DNA from: Eledone cirrhosa | Lineage: Eukaryota | Reading direction: 5' to 3' | NCBI GenBank assembly: GCA_964016885.1 | Contig: OZ024743.1 | Location: 201,872,001 to 201,936,000 of the forward strand | Length of the DNA: 64,000 nt | In this document: piece after piece, positions 40,349 to 55,223 of the stretch | Layout of the letters: every line of letters begins with the position of its first letter | Numbering within the stretch: the stretch's first letter is position 1 | Made by a program: the position numbers and the translations under genes | Notes under the pieces: generated by a model | Database searches by the model: none | What the model was told of the DNA's origin: nothing | What the model saw: only the letters and a program-made list of their open reading frames with translations

Positions 40349-40437
40349 TTAATTGTTTCTACTTTAGGCACAAGGCCAGCAATTACCCAGTACATTACTG
40401 GTACTTTATTTTATCGACCCCGTAAGGATGAAAGGCA
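40349..40437 (-). mobile_element. SINE 3' half
   Basis: Reverse complement of 24768-24853. Confidence 0.8.
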
Positions 40438-42039
40438 ATAATTAATAATGTATAATAAGGCATGGGGAAGATTACACTATAATAAGGTATAAAAGTAAGA
40501 ATAAGGTAAAATATAAAGGAGGATAAGAGTGAAAATAAGAATAAAGATTAAAAAATATATATATAAAAAATATATAGAGAATATATAAAAAAATGTAGGC
40601 AAGTATTAGAAGGGAAAAACACAATGTAAAAAAACCGATTTTGTCAAATAAAAATATCATAAATATGGGGGGAGAAAACGGGATAGAGAAATATAATCAA
40701 ATGTTATTAGTTGAGAGAATATAAGATGATAATAGTTATGTCAAGTTTATACATCTTAATAATAAATAATCTGTATATCAGAGTTACACATCCTTCAATT
40801 CACTTGCAAGTTCAACCCACGTGGCATAGTCCATTGCTCATCTGTGCGGTCGTGTGCGTTTGTTTTTGACACCACAGCAGATGCACAAGTTCGTAAATTT
40901 CAATGCAGATATAAATTTATTTTTGCTCACCCAGACATTGACGGAGGATCCAATATTCCTAGTTCATTGCCGACCCAATATGTGTGTGGTGTTATTTTGG
41001 TCGCACAAATCAATCACTTGCTTCAATATTGTGGAGTATGGTTTTCTGGTCTTCGTTACACTATCAGTGGTTGTATATCTCGAAATCACAAGGATCACAG
41101 TACTCCGGTTTGGTGTGATTATCGGTCATCCAACTATGTTGTCGGTGGTTGGATTCAATTCTATTTCCCAGAACGTAGAACTTTGGTGTTGATTGAACAT
41201 TAACGAGGCAGAGTGAGATTGCATCTGTGGTACAAAACGGTACGCAAGGAAATTCTTCGTCTTCGTTTCATCCGGGTCTAGCAGTCACGTGCAAGAACCG
41301 TACGTAGTAATTGTGAGGGTAAGCGGTCAAGATAGTAACTGACCGAAAATTTTCTTGGGAATTCATACAGGCATGACAGGTACATTTAGGTCAGCAGTTT
41401 CTTCATGTGTACGTGTGTCCGATACACACATACACATATTTATATGTATTTCAACTAAAAAAATTCAATTGATTCGCTTATTGATATTATATCTCTGTTG
41501 CTCCGATGTGCATGTTGTGATGTTCTGGTCGTGTTTACCATTGACTGTGTTTTGCCATTACCTTGGAATGTGATGTTTTGGTCATCAATAGTCCGGCAAG
41601 CGCATTCCTCTCTTATATTGTGGAGAATGGTGTTCTGGTCCTCAGTAAACATTTGGGTCAGCAGGAGGGGTGGTGGTTCTCAGTTTCAACTGCGACAATA
41701 CATATGTGTTACTCTACATATCATGCTCCTCTCAAAGAAGAGTATTATAGGAGGAATTCATGCCAAACATCACATATAGAGAAGACTTCTACAGAAAAAA
41801 TATATATACATACACACATATATACATATCATACACACACATACACATATATACACATATACATACACACATATATACATATCATATATACACACACATA
41901 CAATATATATGTATATAATATACATATATATATATAATATATATATGTATACAATATACATACACATGCATGTATGCATGTACACATGCACACCTATATA
42001 CATATGTGTGTGTGTATGTATGTGTGAGAGAAAAGGAGA

Positions 42040-42077
<38 letters not shown>

Positions 42078-42229
42078 AAACACAAACCTTGTAGGGGACT
42101 GTTCCACCCATAGGCTACCTATCTATCTGGTTTATGGGTTGGGGGAGTTATAGTCAAGGAGGGGTATGTCTAGGTGGGGGTTGCGTAATATATGTTACGT
42201 CTATGTGCTACGTTTAAAATAGAAGAAGG

Positions 42230-43290
42230 AACTCAGGATTTTGTGTTGGCAAGAGGAGAAAATATCCGATTTCCTGTTAAGCAGGTTCAGTTTAGAGTGT
42301 ATTATGGCATGGCATTCTAGTAAACACAGGTCACAACTCCCGCTCTGCGGTCGGTATGGTGTGTAGTATGCTTCCTCCAAAAAAGTTTGTATGGGGTATT
42401 ATTATTTTTTAAAAAGGAGATGTATCCCGCCAGTGAGGTGGCATTCTTATGTCTATCGTGTCTAAATGTGCACATATGCGCGTTATAACTAGTTTTAAAT
42501 GTATTGGACGTTGATACTATATATGTTTTGGTAGTGTTGTGTGTGGTTACGTCACATGCATATACGATGTTTTTCATGAGGCAAGCCCCCCTTAGGGGAC
42601 AGTTATTACTCTGCATACAATTGCAACTGCGGGTTCGATCAGTTAGCGTACCTCCCGAACTTTGGTTACTAGCATTATCACTAGGTGCCTCTATATCATT
42701 AGATGGCTCAGTGATGCTATTATGTTGCCTATTTTCCAGTGTAGTCGGTTGCTGGTGGTTAACTGCCATTTTAATTGTTTCGAAACCTTCCCTAGTTTTC
42801 CTAATGTTCGTGCATGCTAGGTGTGATGCGAGGTTAGGAGTGGTCGAATAGGATAATTTAATCACGTTTTTGTTAATTATGTTGCGACATCTATTGCCTG
42901 GTGGGAAGTTTTTTTCTAATAATGAGAAGAATACTCTGGGGAGGTTAGTGAGGACCTCAGAATTAAAAGGTGGGTTAAAATACATGTTTTTCCTTCTTCT
43001 ATTTGTCTTATCTGTGGGGTGAGTCTCATTACTGTGCGTACTATTTTGTAGGGTTCCGTTATTAACGTTAGTGGCGTTGTCTGTTTTGCTTATGCCCGGA
43101 TGGTTTATATTCATGGCATGATCATTTGCTGCTTTAGAGTTGTGGTGAGGGACTCTAGTATTGTCTCTACGTGGTTTACATTTAGCTGGGTTAGCGCCAT
43201 TAGGGTTCTAACTATTATTCTTGCCTCTACGTTGGTTAGGCTTTGTGGCCATACTATGTGTGATTATGTTGGTAGGTTTCACACTCATGG
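42230..43290 (-). pseudogene. Naiad linker + GIY-YIG endonuclease remnant
   Basis: YFNPPFNSEVLTN, IKLSYSTTPNL, CNCMQSNNCPLRGACL..IVYAC..YIVST..FKTSYNAH. Confidence 0.87.
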
Positions 43291-43805
43291 TTTGGGAGTC
43301 CTTTACTCTTTTTACTCTTTGTTCTTGAATGTTTGGTTGGTAGAGTCCATAACACCAATCAAACCCCTTTTATAGCTCTGAAGAATCCTACGGTTACGTA
43401 AGGAAGAAACATTGTAAGCCAATAAAAATCTTTTGATGTTGTAGACGCTCTTGTGTTCTTTATCATATACATATATATGTATGTATATATGTATATATAT
43501 ATATATGTATGTGTGTGACGGTCTATCTGTGTGTGTGGATACAGAGTGATAGCTTCAAGTGAAACAAAGGAATAATTCACACATAACATGGAAATTGGGA
43601 ATATATATATATCACAGGAATGACTTATTTCTGCAATTCCAAACAATCCCGTGGGCGTAAATAGTTCAACCCGTTCATAAGCCATTAAACGAAATGTTTT
43701 ATTTAAAAGCATCTGAGAGATTTGGACATATCTACGCCAACGAAACCGTTTGGTAATGCATAAATACCATAAAAAATTTAAAACACTAATATATAAATAA
43801 ATAAC

Positions 43806-43873
<68 letters not shown>

Positions 43874-44892
43874 CTTGCGTGCGTGGGTGCGTGTGTTTGT
43901 ACTTCATGCTTGCTTGAATAAGTATATAAATAAAGTGATGATATCATATTTTACTCTTCCATTAATGTGACATTTTTTCTTGTTAATAACAAGAATCTAA
44001 GTGTTTTTCCATGGTGCTTTCTAAATAATGAAACAATTTCTATCAAACACAACAAAAGAAACTTCCGGAAAAAAGCTATAACTGAAAGCAATTTGCTAGG
44101 AGAAATAGAAGATATACATTAAAATACGCTGACTATGTTGAGGACTGTATACTTTTGTCTCTTAATTTGAAAATTCAGTTTATGAATAATAAATTGATTG
44201 GTAGGTAGAGAAATGAAACATATCAGAGTCTGCATGGAAGTAATGTTTTATTTCATACGTATCTGTCATATTCTAAGTTCTATTCAATTGAGTATACAGC
44301 ACTTCCCGCAACCACCAAAAATACAATTACATGAACAAAACAAAATATTTAGAGAAACAATGCCGGTATCCAAGCAAGGGCACACTTGTGGAGTCAGTAG
44401 GTAAAAGTATAAAAGACTAAACAAAACAAACCAATAACAACCATGGTGATGTCTATGTTTTTGTTTATATGCATATATATATTTGTAATGGAAGTAATAA
44501 TCAAAGTGTGTTTAATCTTTCAGACATATAATATCTAACGATCGTTTTATCCTTGCACTAGGCAGATTTATTCGGAATTATGACAAAAGTTAAAGAGAAA
44601 TATGGGATCAAAACTTTGTTTCAGGAACATTTGGTGGATACATATTTTGAGAGGTTAGATAAGAGCAAGCATTTATATTTATATAAGGAAACCAAGCAAC
44701 TGAGACGGAAAACATATGAAAAGTAGAAAATGAAATGTGATAAAATAAAGTAAAATAAAATTACATACATATGGTTACAGATAAATGAAGTACAGTAAAA
44801 GTCATATATAGTTGTGGAAAAAATTGATGCTGAAAAAGCTAGCAATAGGACTGTGATTGAACCCGGGACTCACAAACACACACACACACACA

Positions 44893-44991
<99 letters not shown>

Positions 44992-45059
44992 TTTTGGCCC
45001 TCCAATGTATTGATTTTTTTTGTTTAAGATTTTCTGTTTATATTTTCACTTGATTATGA

Positions 45060-46860
45060 TAATTTTGTATTGGTTTTCCGTACCCTTTCCTCACTCGTCT
45101 TGTTTATCCTTTTGCATTCACCCCTTTTGTTCCACTTCCCCCTCGTACCACACACTTCTCCTCTCTTCCACCGTCCCCCTTGCTTTTTGACCACCCTTCC
45201 TCTTAGACACTCCGCACCCACCATGCCTAGCCTGAAATCCTTTCTCCACCAACTCCACACACGCCTTAAACACTTCCTCACCCCTCCTCCCACCCTTCTA
45301 TCTCCCTAAGGCCCTCCAACTCGCCAAGAGTCGGCATTCCAACCACATCCCTTTCCTCAGTCGCTGCCTCCACCCCCACCTCATCCCCCATGGCTTCTGA
45401 TTTCACTCCACCCCCTTCGCTTCCGTCACCACCCAACGTATCCTCACCAGCTCCTCGCGTCTCATCATGTGCAACTCCCTTCGCTCCGCACTCTCCACCA
45501 TCCGCAACCTCGACCACAAACTCCCGACCACCCTCCTCCACCTCCACTCCGCGTGCGACCCACACCTAGTGCACTCCTCCTCCTCTTCATCAACTCAACC
45601 ACGACCTCTTTCACTTCCTCACCTCCACCAGAGCCCACAAGCTCCACTCACTCCTCCATCTACTTCCTCCCCAAGATCCACAAACCCGACAACCCAGGCC
45701 GCCCCATCGTCTCCTCCTGCAACTAACCCACAGAATTCATCTCCGCCTTTCTCTACTCCATCCTCTCCCCCCTCGTCACCACCATCCCCTCCCACATCTC
45801 CGACACCAACCATGCCCTTCACCTGTTTGACACCCTCACTTTCCCACTTGGTCCACATCCCGTTCTCTTCACACTAAGTCACTTTACACCGTCATCCCCC
45901 ACACCGACGGCCTACGCACCCTCCAGCACTACCTCGACCTTCACCCCTGCCAACTCCCCCGTCCCCTCCACCCCATCCTCCTTCGCCTGGCCGAGCTGAT
46001 CCTCACCCTTAACTGCTTCTCCGTCTCGTGTCAGTTTTACCAGCAGGTCACTGGGGTAGCCATGTACACAAGAATGGGCCCCAACTATTTCAAACCTTTT
46101 CGTTGTCCATGTTGAGGCCCAAATCTTTGACCAATACACCGGCCCCATGGTACATCGACGACTGCATCGGAACCACGACCCTCACCCGAGAACTTTCTCT
46201 CCTTCTTCTGCTCCTTCCACCCCTCCCTCCACTTCACCACCTCTATCTCCACTACGCACGTCCACTTCTTGGACATCTCCGTCGCCTCCCACCGACTACC
46301 ACTCCTTCCCAGACTTCACCTCCTCCTACCTCACATACACCAAACACTCCATTCCCTACTCCCAACTCCGGATCCACCGCCACTGCAGCGGAGATGCTGA
46401 CTTCGAGACTCAGGCTCTGTCTCTGGTCAGCCATTTCATCTGGAGAGGTTAACGTCCACGCCGCCATCACTCGCGGCCGCGCCACCCCACTCATCCACCG
46501 TATCCCACTCCCCCACACCTACTACTGCTCCACAGCACCATCCGACGCCTCTTCGGACGCCTCAAGTCCGACCTCTCCACTTCCCCCATCTTCCCATCCC
46601 CACCCCCTCCTTCAAACGCGCACGCAAACTCTGCAACCTCCTCGCCCGCAGCACCCTACCCCAACCCACGTTCCGCCCGGTTCCCTTCCCCGCTTCAGAT
46701 CTGGCTACCCCACTTTCCCCCACATCACCAACACCACCATATTCCAGGGTACCAACGGCCACTCTCACTCTCTGTCCGTCTTGCCTTCAAATGCACCTAC
46801 TCCAACCTCGTCTACGGACTTCGCTGCACGGAGTGCACGGCAACCTACGTCGGACAGACA
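45060..46860 (+). pseudogene. Decayed C-rich Neptune-like PLE (RT + GIY-YIG)
   Basis: YFLPKIHKPDNPGRPIVSSC, LYTVIPHTDGL, QQVTGVA, WYIDD, SIPYSQ, NLVYGLRCTECTATYVGQT across frames. Confidence 0.82.
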
Positions 46861-49040
46861 TAGAAGCGTTCAAAACGAACGCAGAAACGCGCGCACAGAA
46901 GCACAGAACAACGTGCACACCAAAAACACGCACATAATATTGCACAAAAGGCGCAAAACGCACGAAAAGTGCACATGAAAGCGCACAAAAATACGCACAT
47001 AGAAGCACACAAAACAAACGCAGAAACGCGCACACAAAGCCAAACGAACCAGGCGCACATAAAACGCACAAACAGTGCACACGAAAGCGCACAGAGACGC
47101 GCATATAAAGTCGCAAAAAACGCGCACAAAAAACGCACAAAAATGCACATGAAAGCACACAAAAACGCGCACATAAAATTTCACAAATCGTGCACATGAA
47201 ATCACAACACAGAAGCGCACACAAAAGCGAACATAAAACGACAAAATATGCACATGAAAGCGCAGAAAGGCGCGCACATAAAATCTATACAAAAGCGCAC
47301 ATAAAACGCACCAAAAGTGCACATGACTGCGCACAAAAACGCACAGATAAAAGCCCACAACAATGCTCACATAGAAGCGCACAAAACGACCGCAGAAACG
47401 CACACACAGGAGCACACAACAAGGTACAAAGAAAAACGCGCCCATAAAACAAAACGCACAAAAAATGCACATGAAAACTCACAAAAACGCGCACATAAAA
47501 TCGCAAACAAAAGCGCACATGAAACGCACAAAAAGCGCACAAAAGTGCACAAAAATGAGCATATAGAAGCGCACAAAACGAACACAGAAACGCGCACACA
47601 GAACCACACAACAAACCCACACAAAAAACGCACAAAGAGTGCACATGAAAGCGCACATATAGTCGCACAAAACGCGCATATAAAACGCACAAAAAATGCA
47701 CATGAGAGCACACAAAAACGCGCCATGAAATTGCACAAAACGTGCACATAAAATCGCACACAAAAGCGCACACAAAACGCACATGAAATCGCACAATAAC
47801 GCGCAACTAGAAGCGCACAAAAACGCGCACATAGAAGAAGAACGCACAAAAAGTGAACATGGAAGCGCACAAAACTTGTACATAAACTCGCACACAAAAG
47901 CGCACACAAAACGCACATGAAATCGCACAATAACGCGCACCTAGAAGCGCACAAAAACGCGCACATAGAAGAAGAACGCACAAAAAGTGCACATGGAAGC
48001 GCACATAAAGGCGTCGAAAAATGTGCTCATAGAAGCGCACAAAACGAGCGCAAAACGCGCACATAAAATCGCAGAACACGCGCACATAAAACGCATACAA
48101 ATGCACATGAAAGCACACAAAGACGCGCACGTAATATCACACAAAAATGCGCACATAGAAACGCACAAAAAACGCAAAAACGCACAGACACATACAAAAA
48201 GGCGCACAAAAAATATACATGAAAGCAAACGAAAACGTGCAAATCAAAATGCACGAAATCACACATAAAATGCACAAGAAGTGCACACGAACGGAGAAAC
48301 GCGCATATAAAAGCGGAAATAAAACGCACAACAATGCACATAAAAGCGCTCAAAATGCGCACATAAAATCGCACAAAAAGCGCAGAGAAAACGCACAAAC
48401 AATGAACATGAAAGCCCAGAAAAAGGCGCAAATAAAAGCCCACATAGAAGTCCACAAATCGCGCACAAAAAATGCGCATGAAAGCGCACAAAAACGCACA
48501 GATAGAAGCGCACAAAAAGTGCATATAGAAGCGCACAAAAACGCGCACATAAAAGCGCACATAATCCACACCAAATGCACATGAAAGCGCACAAATACGC
48601 GCACATAAAATCGCACAGCACGCGCACATAAAACGCACAAAAATGCATATGAAATCACAAAAAAACGCGCACATAAAATTGCAAAAATGCGCACATAAAA
48701 TCATACACAAAAGCGCACATATAACGCACAAAACGTGCCCATGAAAGCGCACAAAAACACGCACATATAAGCGCACAAAATGAACGCGGAAACTCGCCCA
48801 CGGAAGCAAACAAAAAAACTTGCCCATAAAACCCACCAACAGTGCACATGAAAGCGCACAAAGACGGGCACATAAAGTCACACAAAATGCGCACATAAAA
48901 CGCACAAAAAATGTCCGCCCATGAAAGCACACAAAAACGCGCACATAAATTCCCACAGAACGCGCACATAAAACGCAAAAAAAAAAACTGCACATGAAAG
49001 CGCACAAAGACGCGCACAAAACGAACGCAAAAACGCGCAT
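46860..49040. repeat. Degenerate minisatellite of ~11-12-bp GCGCACA(T)AAAA-type units
   Basis: 2.2 kb of GCACA/GCGCAC motifs alternating with A-tracts; strongly T-depleted plus strand. Confidence 0.9.
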
Positions 49041-52000
49041 ACAGAAGTGCGGCCACAGAAAGAGTATGACCCTGGCACTTGTTGATGGACATAACAAAAC
49101 TGACAGGAAGCGGAAATTGAAGTCTTCGGAAGGTGAAAGGAATTTCTGCTCACGAGGTGATGAGAGGAATTCTCGGAATGAAGACATCATCACCTTTTCC
49201 GCATCCAGGAAGGATTGTTGCCTCGATTACATGTGCCATCAATTCTTTTACAGCTAGGTGTCTCCCGTACACAGTCTTGGTGGTTCCAAATTCCCCAGCA
49301 GAATACAGGGTTGCCAACTTTAAGGAGAAGCATGTGAATTGTGGAACTCCGGCGGAAAGTTCACCACTTCATTGGGATCTGGCATCGTGTCAACAGATTT
49401 GTAAGTGTGAAGAACACCAGGAAGGGAGTGCAGTAGTTGATAGTTGGTTTTGTTAACAGCGACGTTCTTTGGAGCTAGCACTGCTCTTTCACCCAACCAT
49501 GTGGTTCTGGTAATTGTCTCTCAAATCTAGAAACACTTTGTCTTTCAGCTCCCCGCAGAATTAACTAAGGTCGAAAATGGCCACACTTCCAGCTCTCCTG
49601 CAGCGTCCAGAAGTATTTTGCCGTTGCCAAGTTTCAAAATGTCGTGTGCAAATTCCGCGGACATTTGGTCGCCGTGTAATTGAGCTCTCATGTTGGTGGT
49701 AAGAATCAGTGTCCTGACATGGCGCCACAGAGGCGAGGACTTTAGGCATGCTTGGACCTCTTCTGCTCTTGTGTTTTTGGGAATGACGGGAAGTGTCTGC
49801 CTGAAGTCACCCGAAAGCAGAAGCGTAACACCTCCCATGGGAGCCTGGCAGCCTCTGATGTCCTTTAGAGCTCTGTTTAATGCGTCCAGAGTTCTCTTAT
49901 GGGCTATGGTGCACTCATCCCAATCAATGAGCTGACATCGTTTTAGGACTTGGCCCTGGTCGGAGGTCTTGCTGATGCTGCAAGTAGGCGTTTCTGACGT
50001 TGTTAAATGGAGAGGCAATTTAAAACTGGAGTGGGCGGTCCTGCCACAGGGCAACAAAGTGGCAGCAATTCCAGAAGAGGCAACAGCAACCGCAATGTCC
50101 TTGTGCATCCTGACTTTTGCAAGGAGGAGTCTCGTTAAAAATGTTTTGTCCGTCCCTGCAGGATCATCCCGAAAGAACATCCCCCTTTTCTGTGGCGCAC
50201 ATGGTCGGCAACGATGGTGTAAGCACGACGTTGGTCCGGAAGAAGTTGTGGTTCAGTTTCAAGGATGTACTTGGTAAGAGCATCGACGTCGTAGGACGTT
50301 TCTCGGATAAGAGCTGTAGGAAGTACGTTTGACCCTGTACGGATCGTTTGGGGCAGACAATATGAGGGCAAATAATTTCCGCCGAGTGATGCAACTCTAT
50401 CCTCTATGTCAATCAATGCTAGATTGAAGACCTCGTCGCTGGTATGTTCCATCTCAGGGTTCTGCACTTGCGCCTGACGTTTGTAGTCCCCGGATAAGTC
50501 ATCTTTATACTTGAGCCACAAAGAGATAGGATTACTCAGTTCGCAAGTTTGCAGCAGTACTGATGAGATGCAGCACTTCGAATAAAGTGGCATCCCACTG
50601 CGCACCGTCTTCTAGTAGGCCGCGCTTGAAGCAAGCTTCCCTGTAAGTGCTGCACATGGAACCGTCGGCAGTTCTAAGGTCATGAAAGGACTGGCGTCCT
50701 CTTACCTCATGTAGCAGAAGACGGAAGTAGAAGCACTCTTGCTGGTTCGGGTGCACTGTGTAATCTCTCCCTAGACAAATGTCAAACTTTATGCCAGGAT
50801 GTCCATCAATAGGCTGACCTGCCTTTCTGCGAGCCCATTGTTGTTTATTCCATGTGTAATAGGCCGACACCTGAGGATACAGCAGGGTTTGAGCAAATGA
50901 ATCGGCCTGATAAAATTTGAAGAATGCAGTGAGGGTGGTTTCCCGTGGTTCCTCGACCATTTGAGCAACATTAACGTCAGTGAATTACACCCTTTGACCG
51001 TTCTGATGGTGGACTGCGAGCTGTTCAATTGCAGGGTGCCTTTGGTGTATAGAGAAGCCAAAAATACGCCAGAAAGCCTCGTTGCTGCTGATGCAACGGC
51101 CAACTTGGTATTGCGTGACTTCATCACGGCTGTTGTCCTGTTGAAGACCGAACATAGCAGCCTCGGAATCCTTATTCACATATTTACATATGTACTTGAT
51201 TGACTTGACGGAATTACAGAACTCGACATTGATGTGAGCACCGAAGGTCTTAGAAATAAATGGGCAGTATGGCACTCTCCACCTGTTGTCGACCTCGTGC
51301 TGTTCAACTATTGCTGTAAAACCACCGTCTCCGGGATGACGTCGGCTGTACAGTGGGTATTCGTCAACGCCAGTCTGGGTTTCTTGGAGGAACTTTCGGG
51401 GAAATCTTTTGCTTCAGACATTGTTGTTCAAGTAGGGTGAGCTTAAATTGAAACCCCGCCCACATGGACTATGGACAATGTTTCTCTCAACTATATCATA
51501 GAGCTCTTTGTCTATAGACGGATCTGGAAACTCTGCGGAGATGATGCTGTCAATGTCATTTGAAGATATTTTTGTTGACAGCCAAATGAGGATGTCGGCG
51601 TGCGGTTGGCCCCTCTTCTGCCACTCTACGGTGTACATGTCGCACTTTACTGGGCCAAAGACTTTCCCTCTCTTGATGAGCTCCATAAGATTGATAAGCT
51701 TCGGCCGAAAGATTCCGGCCAGGAGGTCATGCCTGTCTTTGGCCTGTTGCCCTTGGAACATTTCTGCCCCGATCTCCTTCCACTTTGGATTGCAAGTGAA
51801 TGTGATGAACAGATCGGGCCTGCCGTAATACCGTACGTAGGTCATAGCATCCTGCGTTCTCTCGTGTATGTAGCGCGGACTTCCATGAAGGTGGAGAGGA
51901 GAATGCAGACTTTTACTACGCTGCTGGGAGCTGCGTCATTGTTGATGGCATCTCGGAGATGGATGTAGCTCTCGGACTGCAGTTGCCTTTGGTTTGACCG

Positions 52001-53613
52001 TATGAAACACAGTCTCTCCAATTCCATTTTTGCGCACATATCAACGGCGAATTGCTGAAGTAGATCTCTTGACTGGTGCAGGTGATTGAAGGAATCGTGG
52101 CGAACCATGACGGGTAGGAGTAGAAATACATTCATGAAACTGGTTTTTTGACGGAGTGTTGAGGGTTTACTGGATTATGCTGGGGAATTCCGTACTGATA
52201 GCGGTCCTCACCATTTACAAAGAGAAGTGGATACTGGAGCGCATCGTAAGACCTATGTGTTTTGCTGATTCGCTGAAGAGTGCTATCTCGATACTTGAGG
52301 AAAATGTCTCGTGGGGTATGCTGACCCCCATGCATAAGTACAGCGATTTCATTGCATGCAGGATAATTATACCGACCCGGATGTTCCCCAGATGGCATTT
52401 TCGAGGCATCAATTACCAAATGAAAATTGGCTGTGGTATCTGCTTCCAAGGCATACTTGAAGCTAATGACATAGCTATTTTTTGGCGTGCAGAATGTCTT
52501 TCGGTTTCCTTATAAGCTCGACGTTGGTAGCAGGTGAAATGGAGTTCCTCATGGCTGCCTGCTCGTTCACATTCCCAACAAAGTACAGCTGAAGAAATTG
52601 AGGTTCTTGATTGGCGGCAGGTTGGAGGGATCCGATTCTATGGTACACCTGACCTTGCACCTTAAATGTGGGCATAAATCCGCCTTCCTTGACAATGTTC
52701 GCCCCGAAAGATATCATTTGGCAAGCACAGTTATACCTCCGGATGTAAGTCAGGAAATGCCGTGACTCCGCAGTACTGCCTGAATATAGGAGCTTCAACG
52801 GTTGTGATGGATCCTCCAGGGGACGTAATTTTACTTTTCCATTTGCACAACACAAACCAGGTGTTTCTTCGGGCCACTTTTTTGCATTGCAGAAAGAGCA
52901 CGTCTTTGACATACTCCCAATTCGCATGTCTGAATGGCCACTGTAATCAAAGTCAGGGTTGTACTCGAATGCTTTTAAGGACCATCGTGAGCAACATGGC
53001 CTTGAAATACCCTGCCCAATGGCCCTTCGTTGAGCATTACATTGTAGTGGAATGTCTCGTTCTTGCGAGGTCTGTGTAGCTCGCGCAGCAGCAGTATTCG
53101 CAGCATCCGTACTCCGACGTCTTTTACGCTGGTCTTCCGTATCGGCAACTCGTGTAACAGAAGTTGATGTGGCATTAGCAGTTGGGCGAATGGTTCGTCT
53201 GTTTCAAGTGCTCTTCTGGTGGCAGCACGTTTAGCATTTAGCATCTTGGGACAGTCGAATAGCAGACTCCACTGACGATTCGTTTGCCCGCCCTGTTCTT
53301 GTTGTTGCTGCTTTCGCAGTTTTTCGGCCAATGGAGTATCTCTCCCTTCGAGGTATGACCTAAAGTACACTGAAACTCACTGGTAGAGTAAGGAGTAAAC
53401 TTGTCAGTGAATTAAAAACCGATGCATGTGATTTCCGAACGGTTGACTATGTAATTTCTAAGCCATGAGTGCCGTCTTAAACGGGGTAAATAATTTGAAT
53501 ATTTCTTTTGCTCAAAACACTTACAGGGATATACGTTTTACATGTGTAATGTTTGAAAAAAAATGGTTGGGTACTTCTCGAGTTTTAGGGAAACAGTTAC
53601 ACAGACATTCTTT

Positions 53614-53630
<17 letters not shown>
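49040..53630 (-). mobile_element. Decayed autonomous Helitron (Rep + Pif1-like helicase)
   Basis: Rep motifs YGRPDLFITFTCNPKW, VEWQKRGQPHADIL, SIKYICKYVNK; Zn motif CSFC..CCANG; helicase PAGTDKTF, DECT, GDFRQTLPV; 5' end TATATATAAACAAAGAATGTCTGT; many frameshifts. Confidence 0.92.
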
Positions 53631-53675
<45 letters not shown>

Positions 53676-54659
53676 TTATTAAAATAACAGATTAAAGTTT
53701 AAGCAAAGAATCGCTGCTTTCACCCTTAACGGGTTCTTCTGAAACTAACAAAGTCAATCTGTATACGCAGAACTGGATATTTCAAAAAACGTTGCAACCG
53801 GAGGAAGACAGGAAGACGATATTTGGTTCGTGGAAACATTCGCTGGCTAAGAACGGGAAAAAACGAATATAATACGTCATTAAAGTGAAAAACAATTACG
53901 CGCAAAGACAGAACCACGTTTATGGTATAAAAGAGGTCGTAGACTAATGTTCTCTTAGGTGGTGCATAGAGACGTTCTCTGGCAATGAACGAAAAAAACG
54001 AAGAATATACGTCATATGTGGAGCGTGGAGAACAATAGCACGCAAAGACAAAACCACGTAAATGGTATAGCAGAAGTCGTAGAGTATATTCTAACTAGGA
54101 GACCGAATGAATCTCCGCTACAGAGTTAAGAACAAAGTAAATAAATACAATACAGAAGTAATAGAAATAAATAAATACATACACGCAAACAAATACGTAC
54201 ATACACTAGCATACGCAAAAACTTACCATAGGTAACAAAACCACGCACATATAAATATGTGTGTGTGTGTAAGCGTATATACAAATAAATAAATAATTAT
54301 ATAAACGTATATAAATAAATAAATACGTATATAACAAGCGCACACACATACCTACATGTAAATACACGAATGTTCGGAGACGAAAGTCAACCAAAACATG
54401 AAGTACACATAACACACGCCCTACATACGTACGAACCTGCATACTCACACAGACGCAAAACTCCCGTATACACAAAGCCGAGCCATATGTACCAGAATAT
54501 ATAAAAAAATTATACGCCATAACAATCAAATATACGTACGAGAAGGTATACTTACTTCACAAAACATACGGATAATATATACTTACCTATGCAAATAAGT
54601 AAAGGTATAAACAAAACATATACTTAGCTCCCACATCGAGACGTAAAATATCCACGTAT

Positions 54660-55140
54660 AGATCGTACTATCCGTTAGGGTATAACGTGGGGCTGTAATA
54701 CAGGAAAGTTTTGTGCAACTTATGTTTACGAGCCGAAATTGCCTCAGATTTTTTGTTTAAGATGTGGTCTGTGGCGTAAATTATTTCCAGGGCCTCAGCG
54801 GCGCAGAGGTCACATGGTCTTTTATTTCCGTTATACGATCTAGCCCTAGATAGGATCTCCCAGTGTGACTTATATTGGGTGTGGTTGTCTTTTAGACTCC
54901 AGATATAAGCTGAAAGTGACGTCATATTCCTTCTTAGAGGGTAACGAAAAGAATGGGTATGCATGTAAAGACGCTGCTTGAATCTATTGGCAGTTAACCC
55001 TATGTAGGCCCTACGGGACGTGGGTGTTACAACCTTACATTTGTAGACAATGTTACTAGATAGGCATTTCCCAGATAGGGGGCAATCAACCCGATTCCTA
55101 TAATTACAGTTAGTACTAACTACAGGGTTGCACGTGTTCC
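54660..55140 (-). pseudogene. Third Naiad GIY-YIG fragment
   Basis: DCPLSGKCLSSNIVYKC..AYIGLTANRFKQRLYMH..TSLSAYIWSLK..CDLC. Confidence 0.85.
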
Positions 55141-55182
55141 TACGAGCCCTCTTTGGATTTTAGTCTTCAAATTTATTATTAT

Positions 55183-55220
<38 letters not shown>

Positions 55221-55223
<3 letters not shown>

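Larger units (their letters stand above)
39803..43468 (-). mobile_element. Second Naiad-type PLE (5'-truncated) with inverted pLTR; HHRs at 39967-40026 (-) and 43368-43427 (+)
   Basis: ~39925-40092 is inverted at ~43300-43468; GCT CTGA(C/A)GA ATCCTACG gtta CGTAAGGAA GAAA CATTG TA AGC; the interval 40260-42100 may include nested insertions. Confidence 0.78.

Noticed and set aside
46787-49193. Cys/Phe-rich or histone-H1-like ORFs
   Set aside because: Open in many frames because of the low-complexity repeat; no splice or domain evidence
53705-53760. Possible HHR on the minus strand (CAGAAGA ACCC..GGGT GAAA GCAGC) downstream of the third Naiad fragment
   Set aside because: Core, cleavage triplet and stem I all deviate; at most a decayed remnant
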